Source: an uncultured Candidatus Saccharibacteria bacterium (lineage in GTDB: Bacteria; Patescibacteriota; Minisyncoccia; Phycocordibacterales; UBA9973). Taken from it: DNA of 64,000 nt. The DNA lies in the NCBI GenBank assembly GCA_964544225.1, contig CAZIZK010000002.1, positions 2,557 to 66,556 on the forward strand, read 5' to 3'. Positions 56,863 through 64,000 of the stretch are shown one piece after another. The notes under the pieces were generated by a model. That model made no database searches, was not told where the DNA came from, and was given only the letters and a program-made list of their open reading frames with translations. A program made the translations under genes and the position numbers. Positions within the stretch are counted from its first letter, which is position 1; each line of letters opens with the position of its first letter.

Positions 56863-57240
56863 ATGAAAAAAGGCGCAATAATTATTTCAATATTCTTCCT
56901 CGCACTTGGCTTTATGGCAGTACCAGCAAAGTCTAATGCTGCTTGGGGTGTTGGAGTTAATCTAAATTTTAATAATGGTTTTGGTAACAATGGTTGGGGT
57001 GGTAATGGATACGGTGGATACACTCCTTATGGTTATAACTACGGTTCACCTTACAATGGTACTTGGGGTAACAATGCTTACTCTAATCCTTATGGTGGTT
57101 ACGGTTATGGTAACTACGGTAATAATGGTGGAAGATTCAATGTTGGTGTAAATATTGGATTCGGTAATGGTGGATACGGTGGTGGATACAATACATTCGG
57201 AGGTTACCCATGTATGCCTACAAACGGCTGGGGTTGCTAA
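56863..57240 (+). CDS. Secreted Gly/Tyr/Asn-rich repeat peptide (about 100 aa after the signal peptide) with a C-terminal Cys pair
   Basis: Signal peptide MKKGAIIISIFFLALGFMAVPAKSNA, repeats of the type N-x-GFGN-GG-W/Y-GG, ending CMPTNGWGC. The start is set at Met 56863, because the ORF-track ATG at 56854 lies upstream of the predicted transcription start. Confidence 0.6.
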   Translation: MKKGAIIISIFFLALGFMAVPAKSNAAWGVGVNLNFNNGFGNNGWGGNGYGGYTPYGYNYGSPYNGTWGNNAYSNPYGGYGYGNYGNNGGRFNVGVNIGFGNGGYGGGYNTFGGYPCMPTNGWGC

Positions 57241-57257
57241 ATAAATAAAACAAAAAG

Positions 57258-57285
57258 AAAACTCCCGCTCGGGAGTTTTCTTTTT
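57258..57285. terminator. Bidirectional rho-independent terminator
   Basis: ACTCCC-GCTC-GGGAGT hairpin flanked by an A-run and a T-run, between convergent genes. Confidence 0.55.
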
Positions 57286-57288
57286 GTT

Positions 57289-58335
57289 TTATTCTTCGTC
57301 TTTTGGATTATCTATCGCTATCAGTTCTATACCTGTGGCGACCCCGGTAATACGGGTGACATCTTTGTCGATCTTTTTAAACTCTTTACCCGAGTTGTTG
57401 TAGTGGTTCACTACAGTGGAAAGTGAGTTACCCAATTTCTTATGGTATTCGTCATACGACTTGAGGTGTTTACCTAGTTCCTCAACCCTTTTTACTATAT
57501 CCTTTGCGCTCTCTTCGATTTGCATAGCCTTTAGGCCCTGGAGCACTGTCTGCAAGTAGGCTAGGAATGATGTAGGGGACACGATGATAACTTTGTATTT
57601 ACTTGCGGCCCTTTGTATCAAGTTCTCTGTATCTTCGGTGACTGCACCTATTTTATTTATAATCAAATCATAATATATAGCTTCGTGCGGTATGAACATG
57701 AAGGCAAAGTCCATTGTGCCATTTTCCGGCTGGATGTATTTGCTAGTTTCTGTTATACGATTCTTCAGGTCGTTTAGGAACACTTTTTCCAATCTTTCCT
57801 TTTCAGTTTTGTCGCTGGTCTCGCTGATACGGTTGTAATTCTCGAGCGAGAATTTAGAATCGATAGGGATGATCTTGTCTTTTACAAATACTGCTGCGTC
57901 GACAATAGTTCCGTCGGCGAATCCGTATTGCATCTGGTAGCTTCCTGGTGGCATGACATTCTTCAATAATGTTTCTAGGTAGTATTCACCCAACACCCCG
58001 CGCTGTTTTGGGTTCTTCAGTATGTCTTGTAGGCTCTGAAGCTGGTCGGTAAATGACATGACTTGTTTGTTGGTCTCATCTAGCCTGGTCAGCCTCTCGG
58101 TAATGTCACGGATAATATTTTGTGATTGATTTGTCTGGTGGCGGATAGTTTCGTTCACTTCCTTTTGACTCTCGGACAATTTCGCATCCATGGTGCGAGT
58201 CAACTCATTCATCTGCTGTAGCAGTAGGGCAAAGCCGGTGTCATCCTTTACCACTTGCTTCTTGCCACGTGTTAATAGTAGGGCTATCACAACCCCCACA
58301 ACAATCCCGATAATTATTATTAAAATACTGTTCAT
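57289..58335 (-). CDS. rmuC: DNA recombination protein RmuC
   Basis: N-terminal TM, long coiled-coil, RmuC C-terminal nuclease-like domain (GVLGEYYLETLL...FMFIPHEA). 348 aa. Confidence 0.8.
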   Translation of the reverse strand: MNSILIIIIGIVVGVVIALLLTRGKKQVVKDDTGFALLLQQMNELTRTMDAKLSESQKEVNETIRHQTNQSQNIIRDITERLTRLDETNKQVMSFTDQLQSLQDILKNPKQRGVLGEYYLETLLKNVMPPGSYQMQYGFADGTIVDAAVFVKDKIIPIDSKFSLENYNRISETSDKTEKERLEKVFLNDLKNRITETSKYIQPENGTMDFAFMFIPHEAIYYDLIINKIGAVTEDTENLIQRAASKYKVIIVSPTSFLAYLQTVLQGLKAMQIEESAKDIVKRVEELGKHLKSYDEYHKKLGNSLSTVVNHYNNSGKEFKKIDKDVTRITGVATGIELIAIDNPKDEE

Positions 58336-58441
58336 ATACGTAATATTTTAACATAATTTACTATTACTGACCTTATAAAATTTACCTTTACAAAATAAAT
58401 AAACTATGGTATATTATGAAAAACAACATTAAAAATAAAAA

Positions 58442-59686
58442 ATGAAAAACATTAAAGGAGAAATCGAGAAATGTCTTTTGTCTTATCCATTGTACAATGA
58501 AAAAGATACTGAAATTTTCAAGGAGTGGTATGAGCTTCAAACGAATAACTGGTTGGATTATCTTCATCAAATTTTGGAAATCATAAAGAATCCAAAAACG
58601 AAAGATTCAATTAGAGCCATTGCTATACTTTACCTGGTAATACCTAGTTATTGGAATCCATTGACAGGTGAGTATATACGGACCATATTTCGTAGGCTTA
58701 AATATAGACAGAATTACAATGAAACATTTCAGGAATATTTTTCTTTCAGAAATCTGTCTATCTATGAATTTGTCGCTGATTTGCTTATTTTATTCTTTAA
58801 CGGGATAAAATATTCTTGTAAAAATGGTAAAGTTTTAAAATTTACAGTGGATCACGATAAGACTGTAGATAATTATCGTTTCGGTGGTAATGAACAGGAT
58901 AGGCTTGATGATAGGATATTTTTCTGTCATGCTTTAACAGTACATGTTTTGCCAAAATTATCAGATGATAAAAGGCAAAAATTAATTGACTCGTTTCTAT
59001 TTTTTGGAGAAATTCCAAAATCAAGAAATGGTGCCAATCTTAACCACATGTATCTGATCAATTCTGAACCATATAAACTTTTTGGCGCTTGCTTGAAGGA
59101 AGCGAATCCTTCAGGAATACTCATATTATTTGATTCAATGTTGAATTTTCTTAAAAATTTAAAGAAGAATCAGTTAAGTAAGGTTGTAAATGGATACTTT
59201 CTTCTGATCCATGACATTGTTAATGGTAACATTGTTAGTGGTAGTAGCTCATTTTTTATTAAGATGAATAGGAAAGACAAGATTTACATTTTGGAAGGTT
59301 GGTTGAGTTTTGCTATGGAGGCAATTGGGGCAGATGCCAATATTTCAATCGAACCACTTAATCAAGACACATTAAAATTTCTCAAGAAAGAGAATCCTGT
59401 TTTGTTCCAAAGCTGGCTACAAGTAGTGGTAGGAAAGGAGATTTCTTCAGGGAAATTTTATTATGAAACTTCTACATTGAATTTTTTATTGAAGAATTTT
59501 TCTCCTGAAACTCATCAGGAAATCATTTCTACATTAAACAACAAGTTAGAAGAATTGAAAATTTTAAATAAAAAACAAGCGCAAGAAGCTCTAGAAAATA
59601 AAAAAAAGACAGAGAAACAAGCAAATGAAGTAAATATGCTTCGGACACGCAGTCTTGAACTCTTGACGTTGATGGAGGAAAATTAA
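58442..59686 (+). CDS. Hypothetical 414-aa protein
   Basis: Long ORF with a clean terminator. Predicted helical, coiled-coil C-terminus. No motif. Confidence 0.5.
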   Translation: MKNIKGEIEKCLLSYPLYNEKDTEIFKEWYELQTNNWLDYLHQILEIIKNPKTKDSIRAIAILYLVIPSYWNPLTGEYIRTIFRRLKYRQNYNETFQEYFSFRNLSIYEFVADLLILFFNGIKYSCKNGKVLKFTVDHDKTVDNYRFGGNEQDRLDDRIFFCHALTVHVLPKLSDDKRQKLIDSFLFFGEIPKSRNGANLNHMYLINSEPYKLFGACLKEANPSGILILFDSMLNFLKNLKKNQLSKVVNGYFLLIHDIVNGNIVSGSSSFFIKMNRKDKIYILEGWLSFAMEAIGADANISIEPLNQDTLKFLKKENPVLFQSWLQVVVGKEISSGKFYYETSTLNFLLKNFSPETHQEIISTLNNKLEELKILNKKQAQEALENKKKTEKQANEVNMLRTRSLELLTLMEEN

Positions 59687-59710
59687 AAATTAAAGATAAA
59701 TTCTTTAAAA

Positions 59711-59737
59711 GCCCTGGCTATCGTCAGGGCTTTTTTT
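59711..59737. terminator. Bidirectional rho-independent terminator
   Basis: GCCCTG-GCTATCGT-CAGGGC followed by T7, between convergent genes. Confidence 0.55.
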
Positions 59738-60458
59738 AATGCAACATTCCTAAATGGTGTTTGAGGGTGTAGATCCAGTCTTCGTCGTCGGGGCTCTGCT
59801 CTAGCTTCTGAGCTAGTAGCCATTGCAGGTAGCCACTGTCAGTCTTTGCCACTTCTTCGACACTTTTGCCCTTGTGTTTACCAAAGGAAAATGTGCGTAG
59901 TAGTGATGGGTGTGATGAAAGCTCCAGCATCTTGTCGATAGCCTTATCTTCATCACCTAGTTCATCTACTAACTTCTTGTACAATCTTTCAAACAATTTT
60001 TCCAAAACACGTACATCACCGAGGGCGTCATGGGCCTGGCCATCTACATCTATCTCGAGCAAGTAGCGTAAATATTGTAATCCGTATTGAGAAAGCTTGC
60101 CATCGGTATCGAGTGCTCGTGCAGTACGTAGGGTACAGATAGAATGCTTTGGGTAGATACCTTCTTTGTGCATCATGCCAAGGTCGAACTTTGCATTGTG
60201 AGCGATAAATATAGAGTCTGGGTGTTCGAGCAATTCCTTCATGGGTACATAATCACCACTTTCTTTAAATGCAGGCTTGTCGGCTACGTGTTTGTTCGTG
60301 ATATGTGTAATAGCACTGGCTTCGGGTGGAATAGGGATAGATGGTTTATATAGTTCACAGAACTCGGTACCATCCAACTTGTAAGCGATCTGACATAGGA
60401 AATCATCAGGTGTATTGCCTGTGGTTTCAGTATCTAGAAATATTAATTTTCTTTTCAT
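59736..60458 (-). CDS. DEDDh 3'-5' exonuclease (DnaQ-like) fused to a DUF3820-type C-terminal domain
   Basis: Exo I motif FLDTETTG, Exo III HDALGD, C-terminal FGKHKGKSVEEV..YLQWLL. Confidence 0.75.
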   Translation of the reverse strand: MKRKLIFLDTETTGNTPDDFLCQIAYKLDGTEFCELYKPSIPIPPEASAITHITNKHVADKPAFKESGDYVPMKELLEHPDSIFIAHNAKFDLGMMHKEGIYPKHSICTLRTARALDTDGKLSQYGLQYLRYLLEIDVDGQAHDALGDVRVLEKLFERLYKKLVDELGDEDKAIDKMLELSSHPSLLRTFSFGKHKGKSVEEVAKTDSGYLQWLLAQKLEQSPDDEDWIYTLKHHLGMLH

Positions 60459-60491
60459 TTTATTATTGTATCATATTTGCTATAATAAAAT

Positions 60492-60945
60492 CATGTTACA
60501 TGAAGAAATAAAAAAAGGAATAAAAGAGGCTATGATGGCCCGCGACTCTGTACGCCTCGAAGTATTGCGAGGTTTATCATCTGCATTTACTAATGAGTTG
60601 GTTGCTACAGGCAAGACCCCTCAGGACACTTTATCTGATGAGCAGGCCCTAGCTGTAATAGTGCGTACAGCAAAGCAACGCAAAGACGCTATCGAGCAAT
60701 TCACAAAGGGTGGTCGTATGGACCTAGCTGATGAAGACAGTGCACAGTTGAAAGTATTGGAAGTGTACCTGCCAAAGATGATGGAACGTTCCGAGGTAGA
60801 GTCTATAGCCCGTGCAAAACAAACAGAGCTAGGCTTTACAGACCCAACAAAGAAGGGTATGTTCATCGCAGCTGTTATGAAGGACCTAAAGGGCAAGGCC
60901 GACGGTAGTGTGGTAAAGGAAGTAGTCGATTCATTATTTAGTTAA
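60492..60945 (+). CDS. GatB/YqeY domain protein
   Basis: Full-length similarity to the YqeY fold (EIKKGIKEAMMARDSVRLEVLR...). Start set at MLHEEIKK. Confidence 0.8.
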
Positions 60946-60959
60946 TTATATTTTTTAAT

Positions 60960-61304
60960 ATGCGAATTATTTTACATTGGATTATTCTATCGGTTGCTGT
61001 GTGGGGTACAACACGTGTCATGCCAGGTATCAGTGTGAACCCGGTATGGGTTGCTGCAGTTGTGGGTGCATGTCTGACACTGTTCAACATGTTCTTAAAG
61101 CCTGTAATCAATATACTTACACTACCTCTTAATATCCTGACCCTTGGCTTCTTCTCACTTATTGTGAATGGACTTATATTCTGGTACCTAAGTACTATAT
61201 TGAAGGGCTTCACTATTACCAGCTTCTCGGCTGCATTCGTAGGTGCATTGATAGTATCACTTCTTAACTGGCTTATAACAAAGGTCTTCCGTTTTGATTT
61301 GTAA
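60960..61304 (+). CDS. YvlD/DUF360-type four-TM membrane protein (phage-holin-4_2 family)
   Basis: Characteristic LKPVINILTLPLNILTLGFFSLIVNGLIF segment. 114 aa. Confidence 0.65.
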   Translation: MRIILHWIILSVAVWGTTRVMPGISVNPVWVAAVVGACLTLFNMFLKPVINILTLPLNILTLGFFSLIVNGLIFWYLSTILKGFTITSFSAAFVGALIVSLLNWLITKVFRFDL

Positions 61305-61310
61305 GTTTAT

Positions 61311-61922
61311 ATGCTGACTATTAACTTTATTCGACATTTTGTAGAAGCACATGCTGTATTTGCATACGTGTTTATATTTTTTGGGGTTTTGTTTGAAGGT
61401 GAAATAGTTGTCATACTCGCTGGGATATTTACTTATCTTGGTTCATTACATACAGCTACTTCTGGAGTAGCAATACTTTTAGGTGGAGTATCTAAATCTG
61501 TAATAGGTTATTCTATTGGGTATTATTTACAAAAGCATCACTCTCATCGAACCTTCCTAAAGAAGATCGAGAACCGTATATCATACTTCCTACCACGCTT
61601 TACTGAAAAGCCTTTTTGGTCTATATTTATATCACGATTCTTTATTCTAGGTATGAATTGGTTTGCCCTAATATTCTCAGGGTACAAAAAGGTAAATATC
61701 AGGACTTATGTAAGAGCCGAGATATCATCATTGCTAGTATGGATGACATTTATGTTCTCACTCGGTTATTCTTTTAGTTATGCAGCACTCAATGTTAGTC
61801 GCGATATACGTAAATTCCTCGGGTTCTTGTTGTTATTCTTCATAGCATTCTTTATTGTGCGTAGGATGATAGCATTTTTTATCGAGATAAGTGGTAAACC
61901 AAAAAATAATTTAAAACAATAA
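61311..61922 (+). CDS. DedA/SNARE-associated family membrane protein
   Basis: DedA signature VFAYVFIFFGVLFEGEIVVILAGIF. 203 aa. Confidence 0.7.
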   Translation: MLTINFIRHFVEAHAVFAYVFIFFGVLFEGEIVVILAGIFTYLGSLHTATSGVAILLGGVSKSVIGYSIGYYLQKHHSHRTFLKKIENRISYFLPRFTEKPFWSIFISRFFILGMNWFALIFSGYKKVNIRTYVRAEISSLLVWMTFMFSLGYSFSYAALNVSRDIRKFLGFLLLFFIAFFIVRRMIAFFIEISGKPKNNLKQ

Positions 61923-61927
61923 AATAA

Positions 61928-62824
61928 ATGAAATTTTTTAATAAAAAGAAAATATTGGTAACACACAACAGCACATTTCATGCTGATGATGTTTTTGCTA
62001 CAGCAACACTATCTATATTATATAAAGACAATATCCGTATTATCCGTACTCGCGATGAGGATATGATAAAGAGTGCCGATGTTGTATACGATGTAGGAGG
62101 TATCGATGATCCAGCAACTGACCGGTTCGACCATCATCAGATCGGTGGCGCCGGCAAGAGGGCAAACGGCATACCTTATGCAGCTTTTGGCCTAGTGTGG
62201 AAGAAGTATGGTGCCACTGTGTGTGGCAGTCAGCAATGCGCCGACAAGATAGATGAAAGACTAGTTCAGGCTATCGATGCAAATGATAACGGCATGGACC
62301 TATTCAAAGACGCAATAATTGTGCCACCGTATCTGATCCAACACGCTTTCTACTCTTTCCGACCGAGCTGGAAGGAGGAGCAGGATTATGACCGTGCTTT
62401 TATGAAAGCTGTAAAGATCGCAAAGCAAATATTGGAAAGGGAAATAGTAAAGACTCGTGACGCTATAGATGGTGAGGATCTGGTTCGTGAAGCTTATAAT
62501 AAATGCGATGATAAAAGGCTGTTGATATTGGATACAAAGTTGCCTTGGGAAGAGGTTGCCACAGGTATGGGTGAGCCATTGATAGTAGTTGCCCCACGTC
62601 CAGATGGTAAATGGAAGGCCGAAGCCGTGTTTCTAAAGCAGGGTAGTATAGAGAGGAAGGTAAAGTTCCCGTCATCTTGGGCAGGTCTACGTGACGAGGC
62701 TCTAGTAAAGGAAACTGGAGTCTCCGATGCCGTATTCTGCCATAATGGCCTTTTTATGGTAGTATCACTAAGTAAACAAGGGGCTATCGATTTAGCACGG
62801 AAGTGTTTAGAAGTTAATCAATAA
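61928..62824 (+). CDS. MYG1/UPF0160 family metal-dependent hydrolase
   Basis: N-terminal THNSTFHADDV motif. 298 aa. Confidence 0.75.
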   Translation: MKFFNKKKILVTHNSTFHADDVFATATLSILYKDNIRIIRTRDEDMIKSADVVYDVGGIDDPATDRFDHHQIGGAGKRANGIPYAAFGLVWKKYGATVCGSQQCADKIDERLVQAIDANDNGMDLFKDAIIVPPYLIQHAFYSFRPSWKEEQDYDRAFMKAVKIAKQILEREIVKTRDAIDGEDLVREAYNKCDDKRLLILDTKLPWEEVATGMGEPLIVVAPRPDGKWKAEAVFLKQGSIERKVKFPSSWAGLRDEALVKETGVSDAVFCHNGLFMVVSLSKQGAIDLARKCLEVNQ

Positions 62825-62836
62825 AAGAATTATATT

Positions 62837-63808
62837 ATGTTAGTTGATGAGATCAAGATAAGTGCAAAGGCAGGCCGAGGTGGTGACGGTGTTGTACGAT
62901 GGCGCCAAGAGAAATTTATCGACAAAGGTGGCCCAAATGGTGGTGACGGTGGTCATGGTGGTGATGTATATGCCGTTGCTGTTCAGGATATAAACTTGCT
63001 TGCAAAGTACAAACACAAGAAGGAGTTCGTAGGCAATGATGGACAGGACGGTGCTGGTGGAAGTCGCCATGGTAAAAGTGGCGAGGACCTAATCATCGAG
63101 TTCCCAGTGGGTTCAATAATTACAAATACCAATACAGGTGACTTTGTGTCACTGGAACAAGTAGGACAAAAGGAGCTATTGCTTCGTGGTGGCCAAGGTG
63201 GGTTCGGTAACGAACAATTCAAAAGTTCTATAAACACTACTCCTACAAAAGCAACCAAAGGTACTTTTGGTGAAGAAGGCAATTTCAAGATCGAGCTACA
63301 CTTGTTCGCTGATGTTGGTCTGATCGGCCTACCGAACGCAGGCAAGAGCTCACTACTAAACTCATTAACTAATGCGCAGGCAAAGATAGGTGCGTACCAG
63401 TTTACGACTTTGGATCCGAACCTTGGCGAATTTCATAAATTTATACTTGCTGATATCCCAGGGTTGATCGAAGGTGCGAGCGAGGGCAAGGGCCTGGGTA
63501 TCAAATTCCTAAAGCATATCAAGAGGACAAAGATGCTAGCACATTTGGTAAGCTTTGAAAACGAAAATATGATGAAAGTATATAAAGAGATAAGGCATGA
63601 ATTAGAAAGCTATGACCAAGAGCTAGCCGACAAAGATGAAGTGATTATATTAACAAAGACAGACGTAGTAGATGACCCAAAAAAGATAGAGAAGGTGAAG
63701 AAAGAATTTATGAAATTAAAGAAGCCAGTATTTGTACTGTCACTGTTTGATGACGCAATGGTAAAGGAATTCAGTGACGACTTGGTAAAGCTTTTGCGAG
63801 CACAATAA
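62837..63808 (+). CDS. obg: GTPase Obg (short form lacking the C-terminal domain)
   Basis: Gly-rich Obg fold (GGDGGHGGDV) and G1 to G4 motifs (GLPNAGKSSL, DIPG, TKTD). Confidence 0.9.
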   Translation: MLVDEIKISAKAGRGGDGVVRWRQEKFIDKGGPNGGDGGHGGDVYAVAVQDINLLAKYKHKKEFVGNDGQDGAGGSRHGKSGEDLIIEFPVGSIITNTNTGDFVSLEQVGQKELLLRGGQGGFGNEQFKSSINTTPTKATKGTFGEEGNFKIELHLFADVGLIGLPNAGKSSLLNSLTNAQAKIGAYQFTTLDPNLGEFHKFILADIPGLIEGASEGKGLGIKFLKHIKRTKMLAHLVSFENENMMKVYKEIRHELESYDQELADKDEVIILTKTDVVDDPKKIEKVKKEFMKLKKPVFVLSLFDDAMVKEFSDDLVKLLRAQ

Positions 63809-63826
63809 ATATATTAGAATCACAAG

Positions 63827-64000
63827 ATGGAACAGAAAAAATATTACACAACAATAGGGCTCGAAATTCACGCAGAGTTGAAGACCAACTCCAAGATGTT
63901 TTGTGGTTGTGCCAATAACCCCGATATAGATACTCCAAATGTAAATATTTGCCCTGTGTGTATGGCGCACCCAGGCACACTACCTGTACCGAATAAGGAG
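63827..64000 (+). CDS. gatB: Asp/Glu-tRNA amidotransferase subunit B (N-terminal fragment, runs off the window)
   Basis: Typical GatB start YYTTIGLEIHAEL..CGCAN..CPVCMAHPGTLP. Confidence 0.75.
   Translation, partial: MEQKKYYTTIGLEIHAELKTNSKMFCGCANNPDIDTPNVNICPVCMAHPGTLPVPNKE

Overview
This is a 64-kb AT-rich, gene-dense bacterial window. My guess is a small-genome Patescibacteria/CPR-type organism: it has two lamin-tail-domain surface proteins, two VirD4/TraD-like ATPases with no other type IV secretion genes, shortened DnaX, Obg and Rel proteins, and a full peptidoglycan pathway.

Most of the window is housekeeping. It encodes sigA, an ECF sigma factor with a putative anti-sigma partner, ndh, murA and murB (divergent), parB, rel, topA, dprA, serS, an FtsQ-like protein, dus, dnaX, murE, murD, murC, PBP2, greA, lysS, the mraZ-rsmH-ftsL-ftsI-murF cluster, prs, rmuC, obg and the start of gatB. 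There are three tRNAs: Leu-CAA, Gln-UUG and Glu-CUC.

The most interesting features are these:
1. A 5.6-kb element is integrated into the 3' end of tRNA-Glu (49366..54983). It carries a large serine recombinase and three unknown cargo genes, and is built from long GC-rich inverted blocks that contain an intact second copy of the attachment region plus a roughly 430-nt hairpin-rich non-coding segment. Removing it in silico restores the tRNA CCA end.
2. A roughly 120-nt structured repeat occurs three times, always ending exactly at a start codon (topA, dprA, dus). Its 12-bp closing stem shows compensatory changes between copies, it has a conserved inner hairpin and small upstream ORFs, and a 5-6 nt duplication of the start codon sits at its far end.
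3. An XRE-type HTH domain is fused to MurA.
4. The 3' end of dprA is duplicated on either side of an inserted 1-kb gene.
5. A glycine-rich secreted peptide sits behind a perfect consensus sigma-70 promoter.
6. MraZ operator repeats overlap the mraZ promoter.

All calls are made from the sequence and the ORF translations alone. No database searches were run.
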